DNA from: an uncultured Clostridiaceae bacterium
GTDB taxonomy: Bacteria > Bacillota > Clostridia > DUPQ01
Reading direction: 5' to 3'
NCBI GenBank assembly: GCA_964563155.1
Contig: CAZLVL010000007.1
Location: 6,389-70,388, forward strand
Length of the DNA: 64,000 bases
Under the pieces are notes generated by a model, which was given only the letters and a program-made list of their open reading frames with translations, searched no databases and was not told where the DNA came from. Positions 39,821-48,861 of this stretch are shown one piece after another (position 1 is the first letter of the stretch; the number at the start of each line of letters is the position of its first letter). The translations under genes and the position numbers were made by a program.

Positions 39821-40228
39821 ATGAAAGAAAAAACACTTATGTATTTTAGCTATGTAACCTCCCTAATAATTGGTAGTGGCATTTTTTGGACAATTATTTT
39901 ACTTTTTACAGATTTAAGACTTAGCCTCCTATTTTCTTGCTTTGTATATTTAGTAACCTTATTCTTGTTATTGTCTTATCTGGGAGGCCTTGATAAGAAG
40001 AAAACAAATAAAAAAGATGAATATTTAGAGCATCTAGATTCTTCTTGTAGCCATGAAGATTTTTTGGTTTATGAAAAGGTATTTATAAGTCCTTTATTTG
40101 CAAAATTTCTAAATTCCTTGTCTGTAAGTAGAAGATATGGAGATGTCTTTCTTATGACCTTTAAAAAGTGTAAAAGCTGTAAGTCCTTTTTATATGAAGG
40201 AATAAAGAGTTTAGAAAGACATGTCTAG
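39821..40228 (+). CDS. hypothetical membrane protein
   Basis: 135 aa. Two N-terminal TM helices and a Cys-containing C-terminus. Confidence 0.35.
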   Translation: MKEKTLMYFSYVTSLIIGSGIFWTIILLFTDLRLSLLFSCFVYLVTLFLLLSYLGGLDKKKTNKKDEYLEHLDSSCSHEDFLVYEKVFISPLFAKFLNSLSVSRRYGDVFLMTFKKCKSCKSFLYEGIKSLERHV

Positions 40229-40325
40229 GATATATAGAATTTCTAGAACATGTAAAAAAGATAATTTTAAAAAAGACTGGTAGATGATAGAATAAGAGCA
40301 AGATCTTTTTGGAGGGAAATCTAAT

Positions 40326-41585
40326 ATGGATAGAAAAATGAACAAAACCGAATGGAGCTGGGTCTTTTACGACGTTGCGAATTCGGCCTTTGTCCTATTA
40401 TCTACAGCCCTAGTCCCCATATACTTTGCCAGTCTTACAGCCAGAACCAATGTGATTGAAGCTAATCAAGCAACAGCTCTTTGGGGAACAGGTAATTCTG
40501 TGGCAATACTAATTCTTGCCCTGCTATCACCTGTTTTGGGAGCAATAGCAGATTACAAGGGCATGAAAAAGAGGTTATTTGGGGTTGCTTTGGGAGTTGG
40601 AGTAATAGGAGTTTTAGGCATGGCCTTTATGAATACCTGGTTATCTTTTTTGATTATTTATGTTGTAGCTAGGTTGGGCTTTTCTGCCACCAATGTATTT
40701 TATGATTCTATGCTAACCGATGTAACCACTGATGACAGAATGGATATGATATCCTCTAATGGCTATGCTTATGGTTATATTGGTAGTGTTATTCCTTTTA
40801 TAGCTAGTTTAATAATCTACATATTCCAGCCCTTTGGATTAAATGATGATTCAGCTATGCAAATAGCCTTTATTATTACTGCTTTATGGTGGTTTATATT
40901 TACTCTACCACTGTTTAAGAATGTCCACCAAACCCACTATTTAGAAGATAGGAAGGGCAAGGTTAAAGAAGCCTTTATTCGTATAGGAAACACCTTTAAG
41001 AATATTAAAAAGAAAAAGTATGTTTTCATATACATTCTAGCCTACTTTTTCTATATAGATGGAGTATACACAATCATTACCATGGCCACAGCCTATGGGG
41101 CTGAGTTGGGACTAGATTCTACATCCATGGTATTAGCCTTGTTAATGACCCAGTTTATAGCTTTTCCTTTTGCCATCTTATCTGGTTATCTAGGAGCAAA
41201 ATTTGGAACCTTGAAGATTATTAAGGTCTTTATAGGTATTTATACCTTTGTTGCCATATTTGGCTTCTTCTTAGCCCACGAATGGCAATTTTGGGTTCTG
41301 GCAGCCATTGTTGGAATAGCCCAAGGGGGAATCCAGTCTTTATCTAGGGGCTTTTTTGGAAGAATTATTCCTAAAAAGGAATCCAACGAGTACTTTGGAT
41401 TTTTCGATATTTTCGGAAAGTTAGCAGATGTTTTAGGTCCCTTGTTAATGGGTGCTTTTGCCATAATAACTGGGCATTCCAGATATGGAATTTTATCTTT
41501 AATCATCCTCTTTATCATCGGTTATGTTTTATTAAGCCGCCTGCCAAAAGGATTTGGAGATGTGGAAGTTGAAACAGAAGGTTAG
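40326..41585 (+). CDS. MFS transporter, UMF1 (Atg22-like) family
   Basis: N-terminal WSWVFYDVANSAF is characteristic of UMF1/Atg22-like MFS proteins. 12 TM. GGAGGG RBS. Confidence 0.7.
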   Translation: MDRKMNKTEWSWVFYDVANSAFVLLSTALVPIYFASLTARTNVIEANQATALWGTGNSVAILILALLSPVLGAIADYKGMKKRLFGVALGVGVIGVLGMAFMNTWLSFLIIYVVARLGFSATNVFYDSMLTDVTTDDRMDMISSNGYAYGYIGSVIPFIASLIIYIFQPFGLNDDSAMQIAFIITALWWFIFTLPLFKNVHQTHYLEDRKGKVKEAFIRIGNTFKNIKKKKYVFIYILAYFFYIDGVYTIITMATAYGAELGLDSTSMVLALLMTQFIAFPFAILSGYLGAKFGTLKIIKVFIGIYTFVAIFGFFLAHEWQFWVLAAIVGIAQGGIQSLSRGFFGRIIPKKESNEYFGFFDIFGKLADVLGPLLMGAFAIITGHSRYGILSLIILFIIGYVLLSRLPKGFGDVEVETEG

Positions 41586-41631
41586 GGCTAAGCCCTATCT
41601 TCTGTAAATTTATGTTGAGGAGAAGTAGTTA

Positions 41632-42582
41632 ATGGATTTTAATAAACAAAAGGGATCAAAAAATTCTAAGCAGAATAAAGTTATAATTATTATTTTATTA
41701 GTTTTGATCTCTTTGGTCTCTACTTTTTTATCCCAGTATTTTGATAAAGGTGAGACTCTTTTAGATTTAGACCAGGTTTTTTCAGAAGGTGGTATTTGCA
41801 TTCACTATGTAGATGTGGGCCAAGGAGACTGTGTTCTAATACAAGATGGACAGCATAACATATTAATTGATACTGGCACTAATAAGATGTCGGATAATGT
41901 TATGGATTTTTTGAAAAACTATGGGGTTGATTATCTGGATATGGTTGTTTTGACCCATCCCCATGAAGACCATATTGGAGCTTTTGTCCGCATAGGAGAA
42001 GAATATAATATTGGTTTAGTCCTAAAAAGCCAAGGAGTAGCTAGCACAACAGTTTATAATAATGTGGAAAGTTTTTTAAAGAAGAATAAGATTAAAAATG
42101 TAATTCCCCATTTTGGGGAGGTCTTTACTTTTGGACAAATGGTCTTTACCATAGTTTCAGATTCTTCTATTTCTTATGATAATTTAAATGATACATCCAT
42201 TGTTATAAAACTAGACCATTTAGGAAATAGCTTTTTGTTTACAGGAGATGCTGAAAGTAAGGCTGAAAGAAACATCCTAGACTCTAATGTGGATATTGAG
42301 TGTGATGTTTTACAGTTGGGCCACCATGGCAGTTCCACATCCACTACAGCGGCCTTTTTGTATAGGGCATCTCCCATATATGGAGTTATACAATGTGGAG
42401 AAAACAATGAATATGGTCATCCCCATAAGACTATTATGACTAGATTGGATGTTCAAGGAGTTAAGGTTTTTAGAAATGATATCCATGGAGATATAACCTG
42501 TGTTTCTAACTATGATGGAGTCTATTTTGTGACAGAAAAAGGAGAGGCTAAAAGTGTTTATAGATATCAGTATGCCAATTGA
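41632..42582 (+). CDS. membrane-anchored MBL-fold hydrolase (ComEC C-terminal domain-like)
   Basis: N-terminal TM helix. Metallo-beta-lactamase motifs LTHPHEDHIGAF and GHHGS. Confidence 0.65.
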   Translation: MDFNKQKGSKNSKQNKVIIIILLVLISLVSTFLSQYFDKGETLLDLDQVFSEGGICIHYVDVGQGDCVLIQDGQHNILIDTGTNKMSDNVMDFLKNYGVDYLDMVVLTHPHEDHIGAFVRIGEEYNIGLVLKSQGVASTTVYNNVESFLKKNKIKNVIPHFGEVFTFGQMVFTIVSDSSISYDNLNDTSIVIKLDHLGNSFLFTGDAESKAERNILDSNVDIECDVLQLGHHGSSTSTTAAFLYRASPIYGVIQCGENNEYGHPHKTIMTRLDVQGVKVFRNDIHGDITCVSNYDGVYFVTEKGEAKSVYRYQYAN

Positions 42583-43177
42583 TTCTAATTCTATACCTTA
42601 TCCAGATGACCCTAATACAGATATTAGGGTGCTAAAAAGAGTAAAAAAAGATGGCTACTTTCTAACTAGATATTCTAGCTCTTTTCACACAGGCACTCAC
42701 ATTGATTTTCCTGCTCATTTTATAGATGAAGGTAAGATGGCTTACGACTATCCTTTGGAGCGATTTTACGGGCCCTTAAGCCTTATAGATGTAAGAGGAG
42801 AGGATATCATCTATCCTTCTAAGAAATTTAATGCAGTTTCTAAAAATCATATAGTAATTTTGTATACAGGTTATGAAGACATTTATCCTAAAAAAGAATA
42901 TTTCTCAAAGCATCCAACTTTAAGTAAAGAAGCAGCCCTTTTTTTCATAGAAAAAGAGATCTCTATTTTAGGGGCTGATTTGCCTAATTTTGACAATGGA
43001 TCTTTTGAAATCCATAAATTACTCCTGTCAAATGAGGTCTTAATAGGAGAGAATTTTACAAATCTTGCACAGGTGCATAAGGCTTTTTTAGAGGGAAAAA
43101 AGCTGGAAGCTTTCATGTTTCCCCTTAAAATTTCAGCTGAAGCAAGCCAGGTTAGGGCCTTAGTCAAGGTTATTTAA
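42554..43177 (+). CDS. putative cyclase (kynurenine formamidase-like, PF04199-type)
   Basis: HTGTHIDFPAHF metal-binding motif. GTG start after AAAGGAGAGG. Overlaps the upstream gene by 29 nt. Confidence 0.7.
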   Translation: MFIDISMPIDSNSIPYPDDPNTDIRVLKRVKKDGYFLTRYSSSFHTGTHIDFPAHFIDEGKMAYDYPLERFYGPLSLIDVRGEDIIYPSKKFNAVSKNHIVILYTGYEDIYPKKEYFSKHPTLSKEAALFFIEKEISILGADLPNFDNGSFEIHKLLLSNEVLIGENFTNLAQVHKAFLEGKKLEAFMFPLKISAEASQVRALVKVI

Positions 43178-43283
43178 ATACAACGAATGTCACATTTTTC
43201 ATATGGTGGTGAACTTGTATAAATGATAAAATATACCTATACATTCGCAATTTAAGTAGTTTAAATATTGAAAGGGGAAAAAT

Positions 43284-43670
43284 ATGAAAAATTCGAGAAA
43301 AATTATTTCTTTACTTCTGGTTGTAGGTATTGTTTTAACTTTAATGGTAGCCTTAACTGGATGTATGGAAAAAGAAGAAGCAACTTACTACATTACAAAT
43401 ACAACTGATGAGGTGTTTATTTATAAGTTAGTAAAAGATCTTAAGATATTACAAACTTGGGTGGATGTAAAACCTGGGGATACAATTGAAATGCATGTGG
43501 AAATTACCAATAAAGAAAATACTTTAAAGATTTTCCAAGCAGCTAAAGTACGTGGAAGAATTCATCTAAAACCTGAAGATGGTTATGTAGATGGTGGATA
43601 CTATAATGTTGTTATGCACGAAACTCCAGGAGCAACCGAAATTAACTTTATTTTGGTGCCTGCTAATTAG
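43284..43670 (+). CDS. lipoprotein, hypothetical
   Basis: Lipobox ALTGCM. 128 aa. GGGGAA RBS. Confidence 0.55.
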   Translation: MKNSRKIISLLLVVGIVLTLMVALTGCMEKEEATYYITNTTDEVFIYKLVKDLKILQTWVDVKPGDTIEMHVEITNKENTLKIFQAAKVRGRIHLKPEDGYVDGGYYNVVMHETPGATEINFILVPAN

Positions 43671-43711
43671 TTAATCTTAAACAAGAAGTTTAGATAAAAA
43701 TTTATGCAAAT

Positions 43712-43737
43712 AAGGATGCTTAGGCATCTTTATTTTT
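43712..43737 (+). terminator. rho-independent terminator
   Basis: AAGGATGC-TTAG-GCATCTTT followed by a T-run. Confidence 0.55.
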
Positions 43738-43840
43738 GCAAAAAATCCTAGTTTTTTCCTTAAAATGCTCTAATTTCTTAAGATTCCACCAAGCTTCTCC
43801 CAACCTTATATTTTCACCTCCATATATAACATTTGACGTA

Positions 43841-43869
43841 TTGACATGTTTATGACTAAGTAATAATAT
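43841..43869 (+). promoter_or_regulatory. sigma-A promoter TTGACA-17-TAATAT; its spacer contains ATGACTAAG
   Basis: TTGACA at 43841-43846 and TAATAT at 43864-43869, ~20 nt upstream of the oxidoreductase RBS. Confidence 0.5.
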
Positions 43870-43888
43870 TAGGCGGACGGAGGTTTTT

Positions 43889-44938
43889 ATGGAACACAAA
43901 TTAGGTATTATAGGGTATGGGGGTGTCGGTTCTTGGCACCATAAAAATTCAGTAAAAATTCCTGGTCTAAAAGTTACATCAGCATATGATATAGATCCAG
44001 TAAGATTAGAAGTAGCAGCACAAAACGGACTTACAGTTTATGACAATGTAGATGACTTCATTAAAAAGGGAGACTTCTCTATTGTTCTAGTAGCTACACC
44101 TAATAATTTTCACATGCATTATTCCATAATGGCTATGGATGCTAAAAAGCATGTAGTATGTGAAAAACCAGTTGCTATGAGTTTATCTGAATTAAACGAA
44201 ATGGTAGCAGCATCAAAGAGAAATGGAGTACTTTTCACTGTTCACCAAAATAGACGCTGGGATAAGGACTACAAAGTAGTTAAAGAAGTCTTGGCTGAAG
44301 GCACCATTGGAAAACCTTACACCATTGAATCTAGGGTTCATGGTCAAAACGGTATAGTACATGGTTGGAGAGCATACAAGGTTGCTGGCGGAGGAATGCT
44401 TTTTGATTGGGGAGTTCATTTAATAGACCAACTACTATTTATGATAGATGAAAAGGTTACACAAGTTTACTGCCAACTCTTTTCTATAAAAACTCCTGAG
44501 GTTGATGACTACTTCAAACTTTTATTAACCTTTGAATCAGGTCTTTCAGCTCAAATAGAAGTGGGAACCTATTGTTTGGAAAAGATGCCTAGATGGTATA
44601 TTAATGCAGATCATGGCTCAGTGCTGGTTAAAAACTGGGAATGTGAAGGTAAAATAACCAAGGCCTCTGAAACAGTTATGGAGTGGGAACCAGAGATTGT
44701 TCAAACTGTTGGTGGACCTACAAGAACCATGGCACCAAGACCAAAAGAGACCCTAGAGGAGTTACCACTGCCAAAAATTGAAAGTGAATGGGCAGATTAC
44801 TATAAGAATGTAATAGCATATTTAGACGGAAAAGATGATATAATAGTAAAGCAAGAAGAAATTATTAGAGTAATGAAGGTAATTGAGGCTGCTTTTCTGT
44901 CAGATAAACAAAAAAGTAGTGTTGATTGCATGATTTAA
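43889..44938 (+). CDS. Gfo/Idh/MocA-family NAD(P)-dependent oxidoreductase
   Basis: LGIIGYGGVGSWHH N-terminal Rossmann fold and EKP motif (VVCEKPVA). GGAGG RBS. Confidence 0.85.
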   Translation: MEHKLGIIGYGGVGSWHHKNSVKIPGLKVTSAYDIDPVRLEVAAQNGLTVYDNVDDFIKKGDFSIVLVATPNNFHMHYSIMAMDAKKHVVCEKPVAMSLSELNEMVAASKRNGVLFTVHQNRRWDKDYKVVKEVLAEGTIGKPYTIESRVHGQNGIVHGWRAYKVAGGGMLFDWGVHLIDQLLFMIDEKVTQVYCQLFSIKTPEVDDYFKLLLTFESGLSAQIEVGTYCLEKMPRWYINADHGSVLVKNWECEGKITKASETVMEWEPEIVQTVGGPTRTMAPRPKETLEELPLPKIESEWADYYKNVIAYLDGKDDIIVKQEEIIRVMKVIEAAFLSDKQKSSVDCMI

Positions 44939-44950
44939 GAGGGGGTAAGA

Positions 44951-45286
44951 ATGAGCAACCAAGCTGACATTTATTTCATGACTAATCAAAAGTTTTTTCC
45001 ATCAGATAAACTACATCTTATTAAGGAAAAACTAGATACTATGACCGATGACCAAATTAAAAACTTAATGTTTGTTCAATACAAAGAACCAACAACCTTT
45101 TTATTAATCTCAATTTTCATTGGTACTTTAGGTATTGATAGGTTTTTACTAAATGATATTCCAATGGGAGTATTAAAGCTTCTAACTGGTGGGCTTTGTG
45201 GTATTTTATGGATATATGACATGATAACCATTATGGACAAGGCAAAAAACCTTAACTTTGAAGAGTTTATGAAGTTTTCACATTAA
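44951..45286 (+). CDS. TM2-domain membrane protein
   Basis: GTLGIDRFLLND...GGLCGILWIYD pattern of the TM2 domain (two TM helices, DRF motif). Confidence 0.6.
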   Translation: MSNQADIYFMTNQKFFPSDKLHLIKEKLDTMTDDQIKNLMFVQYKEPTTFLLISIFIGTLGIDRFLLNDIPMGVLKLLTGGLCGILWIYDMITIMDKAKNLNFEEFMKFSH

Positions 45287-45321
45287 GAAAAAATTAAAAG
45301 ACTATTAAAAGAGTAAGCTGA

Positions 45322-45350
45322 AGGACACTTTGAAAAATAAGTGTCTTTTG
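45322..45350 (+). terminator. rho-independent terminator
   Basis: AGGACACT, a 10-nt loop, AGTGTCTT, then T-rich sequence. Confidence 0.5.
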
Positions 45351-45448
45351 CTTATATGAGTTTTTTGCAAAGTTAATCCTTTTTGGACTTATTACATTAT
45401 CTATGTTATTTTATGCCTACAAAAATAAAATTTAAAAGGGGAGTAAAA

Positions 45449-45664
45449 ATGGCATTTTTTCCACCAGTAGCTTTGATAAGAAAAAAACATATTATTAAGC
45501 AACTTAAAAAGCATGGGGCTGTGTCTGAATCTACAGCTATAACCTTTAATGAGGCTGATATTATTAACCCTGACAAATTCAAGGCTGTCACCAAAACTAT
45601 GTTAAATAGAAATATCCTTGCTAAAACAGCAGATGGACACTTTTATTTAAAACCACAAAGATAA
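45449..45664 (+). CDS. hypothetical small protein
   Basis: GGGGAG RBS precedes ATG at 45449. 71 aa, basic. Confidence 0.3.
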   Translation: MAFFPPVALIRKKHIIKQLKKHGAVSESTAITFNEADIINPDKFKAVTKTMLNRNILAKTADGHFYLKPQR

Positions 45665-45712
45665 GTCTGTTATTAAAAGAACCTATTGTTTTTTGTGCTA
45701 AACTATAATCTA

Positions 45713-46297
45713 TCAAAAACTTATAACATTAAAATGATTAAGTAAAAACTTAAGGCCAATAAGTATGAGAATAACACCTCCACTTATTTCTGCCTTAGCC
45801 TTATGTTTGCAGCCAAAGTAATTACCTATATATACTGCTAGAGCTGAAAAAACGAAGGTAACAAGACCAATGGTCAAAATGGTAGGTAGTACCTTAATAG
45901 ATACTAAAGAAAAGGTAATTCCCACTGCTAGAGCATCTATAGAGGTGGCAAGAGCAAGGGGAAACATATTCTTAAAGCCTAAGAGCTTCTTGTTTAAATA
46001 ATGGTCTTGTATGTCACATGAGGGACTTTTAAAGCTTTCATATATCATTTTTCCCCCAATAAAGGTTAAAACTAAAAATACTAGCCAATGGCTCCAGACT
46101 TGGATATAGTTGGCAAAGGATTTTCCAGCAAAATAGCCCAAAAGGGGCATAAGGGCTTGAGAAAGTCCAAAATACAAGCCTACTAATATAGCATCTTTGT
46201 ATATAATCTTACGTAAAGAAAGGCCCTTGCATATTGCAACGGCAAAAGCGTCCATGGACAGACCTATTGAAATTAAAAAAAGTTCCCAAAATGACAT
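45713..46297 (-). CDS. mntP: manganese efflux pump MntP
   Basis: MSFWELFLISIGLSMDAFAVAI... with the duplicated DUF204 halves (second copy ALATSIDALAVG). Confidence 0.85.
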   Translation of the reverse strand: MSFWELFLISIGLSMDAFAVAICKGLSLRKIIYKDAILVGLYFGLSQALMPLLGYFAGKSFANYIQVWSHWLVFLVLTFIGGKMIYESFKSPSCDIQDHYLNKKLLGFKNMFPLALATSIDALAVGITFSLVSIKVLPTILTIGLVTFVFSALAVYIGNYFGCKHKAKAEISGGVILILIGLKFLLNHFNVISF

Positions 46298-46459
46298 TGG
46301 ATACTCCCATCTTTTTATGTCCCTACATTATACAACTCAATTGGGTCTAGTACAAGTTTTATAGCCTAGTGCCAATATTCAATTTCTAGAGATTCTTGTA
46401 AAAGAATCTGTGGCATGATATATTCTTAGTGTCAGAAAATTAAGAATAGGAGATCAGTT

Positions 46460-46684
46460 ATGGATGCGTTTTTTCCCTTAAATAACAATGTGAAAAAGAA
46501 AAAACCTGTTTCTTTGGTTATTACAATTATCATTTACCTTGTTCTTCCAGCTATACTTTGGTTTGTGCAAACCCTACTAGGTGGAGTACCTGTAATAGGT
46601 TGGGTTCTATCACTAATTAGTTATGTTTTAGGGCTTTATTGCTTAATAGGAATTATTTTAGCGATTATAAAATATGTGAAGTAG
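46460..46684 (+). CDS. small two-TM membrane protein, hypothetical
   Basis: 74 aa. AGGAG RBS. Confidence 0.4.
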   Translation: MDAFFPLNNNVKKKKPVSLVITIIIYLVLPAILWFVQTLLGGVPVIGWVLSLISYVLGLYCLIGIILAIIKYVK

Positions 46685-46787
46685 AACTTTTTAAATCATA
46701 ATACAATTTAGAGATACTTAACAAGGCTTTTGTTGATGACTTTTAGTTTAGTCTTATGGTTAATGTTTTAGGATAAGTGTTGTTCAT

Positions 46788-47321
46788 ATGGAAAAGAATA
46801 AAGAAAAAAACTATAAAGTGATAAGGTCAAGACGAAAGACCTTATCTTTATCTATAAATCAAGATTTAGAAGTTACAATAAAAAGCCCTCTGTATTGTCC
46901 TAATTGGGTTATTAATGACTTTTATGAGAAGAATAAAAAGTGGATAGAAAAAAGAATTACCCAAGAAAGTAATAAGATATTACTTCCACAAGTTTTGGAT
47001 GAAGATATACCAGCTATAAAAAAAGAAGCCTATGATATCTTATCTTCTAGGACCAAGTATTATTCTCAACTAATGGGTCTAGAGCCAAGTTATGTAAAGA
47101 TTAGTTCTGCTAAAAAAAGATTTGGAAGCTGTAATGGGAAAAATGGTATTTCTTATTCTTATCGATTAATCTTTTATCCTAAAAAGGCTATAGATTATGT
47201 AATTATTCATGAGCTAGCCCATATAAAGCATAAAAACCATCAAAAAGAGTTTTATGAGCTTATAAAAAAGTATATGCCTGATTACAAGGAAGCAGAGGCT
47301 CTGTTAAAGGCGTATAGGTAG
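46788..47321 (+). CDS. DUF45/YgjP-like (SprT/WLM-like) zinc metallohydrolase
   Basis: C-terminal HELAHIKHKNH (HExxHx5H) zinc motif in a ~180 aa protein. Confidence 0.6.
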   Translation: MEKNKEKNYKVIRSRRKTLSLSINQDLEVTIKSPLYCPNWVINDFYEKNKKWIEKRITQESNKILLPQVLDEDIPAIKKEAYDILSSRTKYYSQLMGLEPSYVKISSAKKRFGSCNGKNGISYSYRLIFYPKKAIDYVIIHELAHIKHKNHQKEFYELIKKYMPDYKEAEALLKAYR

Positions 47322-47327
47322 ATACAA

Positions 47328-48698
47328 CTAATCCAAGGTTGAATAAGCCTTAACCATGAAGTCATCCCTATAGGTTATTTCTGTTATCCAGTAGTTAACT
47401 ATGAAGTCATTAACACCTTTTGATTTGGCAAAGTCTATGAGATTTAGGTTATCACAATGGCTTTTGTCATAGGTTCTAGCATCTACAACATAGATCTTTT
47501 TATAGTGGGGAAGTAAAAAGGATATTAAAGAATCTCCAAAGGAGTCTTTTTTCACCAAGCAGACTCTATCAGTGTCCACATCTGTCACAATCTCACTATA
47601 GGTGCCAAAGCCACCATCAGAGAATAAAAGATAATAGTCTTTACCAACTTCAATTCTTTCAGGATTTATGAGGGTTTTTTCTACTTGGTAATCTGCCCAA
47701 TGATAGGTGTAGGTATAATCTACAAAGGGAAGATAAGCAATTATTTTATCAGGGTTGTCATAATCTGCCTGGGTTAGGTAGGGTTTGTTGTAATAGCCTA
47801 GATAGCCTTCTGCAACAAAGGTATCATAAGCATCTAAGGGTATAACTTCATTTTCTCTACCCATGGACTTCATTAGCTCTACATAGCCATAATAGGCGCC
47901 TAGAGGGGTCCAGTGGTGGTCTGTTCTGTAATAGATATATTCGTTTACATGCTCTACCATGGATCTTAAGACATTTACATTTTTAACCCTAGGGTCAATC
48001 ATATTGTTTATTTGAGCTATATTTGCAGCCTTAGAGGCTAGAAAGTCATATTTAGTTAAAGCTAAGTAGGTAGACCTAGAAGGAGCTAGCATGCTGTAGA
48101 CCTCCATGTCATCTCCAGCCATTTCTTTTACCTTGTTTATATAATTAGCATAGTTTTCATAATCATCTTCACTATATTCATCTAGTTTAAAGGTTTCTCC
48201 ATCTATAGTTATATACATACCGGTTGCAGCACCATAAGCTTCTTGTTCTGGCTCTTCAGGTGGTTCTGGTTTTGTTGTCTGGGTTGGGCTTGGCTCTGGG
48301 CTAGGACTTGTGGTTTCTAAAGGTCCTAGGCTTTGGCTAGGGCTTTCACTGGGCTTTGTACTTGGGCTGGGTTTCTTGCTAGCTTGTGGGGTAGGGGAAG
48401 GTTTGTTTCCAACTATTACTATGGATATATCATTTTTATTTGAACCAAAGTGTTTTTTAGCTTCAATATTCCATTTTATTAAAGATTCTCTATGTAAGAT
48501 GGTATCTGAATAGTAGTTGTTCCAATCTTTAAAATATTGGCCTGATAAAAGAGCCTGGCTAGTAAAAATTGGCTTTTTAGCTAGGTTCCTGTTTTCTTGT
48601 AAAGAAATAGTTGGCTTGTTGGGATTTAATAGATTTGCTATTCCATATAGGGCTATAAAGAATAAAAAAACTAGTGTTGCTAAATTAAACTTTCTCAT
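47328..48698 (-). CDS. DHHW-family protein (AlgX/AlgJ-like SGNH-type acyl-transfer accessory protein) with signal anchor and Pro/Ser/Thr-rich linker
   Basis: AAAGAGG RBS precedes internal ATG (MRKFNLATLVFLFF). 50-aa PSPTPQASKKPSPSTKPSESPSQS... linker. DHHW motif (YYRTDHHWTPLGAYYGY). Confidence 0.6.
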   Translation of the reverse strand: MRKFNLATLVFLFFIALYGIANLLNPNKPTISLQENRNLAKKPIFTSQALLSGQYFKDWNNYYSDTILHRESLIKWNIEAKKHFGSNKNDISIVIVGNKPSPTPQASKKPSPSTKPSESPSQSLGPLETTSPSPEPSPTQTTKPEPPEEPEQEAYGAATGMYITIDGETFKLDEYSEDDYENYANYINKVKEMAGDDMEVYSMLAPSRSTYLALTKYDFLASKAANIAQINNMIDPRVKNVNVLRSMVEHVNEYIYYRTDHHWTPLGAYYGYVELMKSMGRENEVIPLDAYDTFVAEGYLGYYNKPYLTQADYDNPDKIIAYLPFVDYTYTYHWADYQVEKTLINPERIEVGKDYYLLFSDGGFGTYSEIVTDVDTDRVCLVKKDSFGDSLISFLLPHYKKIYVVDARTYDKSHCDNLNLIDFAKSKGVNDFIVNYWITEITYRDDFMVKAYSTLD

Positions 48699-48861
48699 CA
48701 AATACCTCTTTCTTTCCCTAATGAAATATATCATAAATAGATGATTAAACCAAGGTAGCTTCAAAAGTTATATAAGATAAGTTTATGTTTGCAAGTCTAT
48801 TTTCCTCTTTATTTCTGCACAAGTGTTATAATGTCTTTGATATATTTAAGGAGGCCATATT

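Noticed and set aside
46298-46459. yybP-ykoY (Mn2+) riboswitch upstream of mntP
   Set aside because: A TATAAT lies only ~40 nt upstream of the mntP ATG on the minus strand, which leaves a short leader. I could not recognise the conserved yybP-ykoY core by eye. Only a 7-bp AGATTCTT/AAGAATCT hairpin further upstream was found. A covariance-model scan (Rfam RF00080) would settle it.
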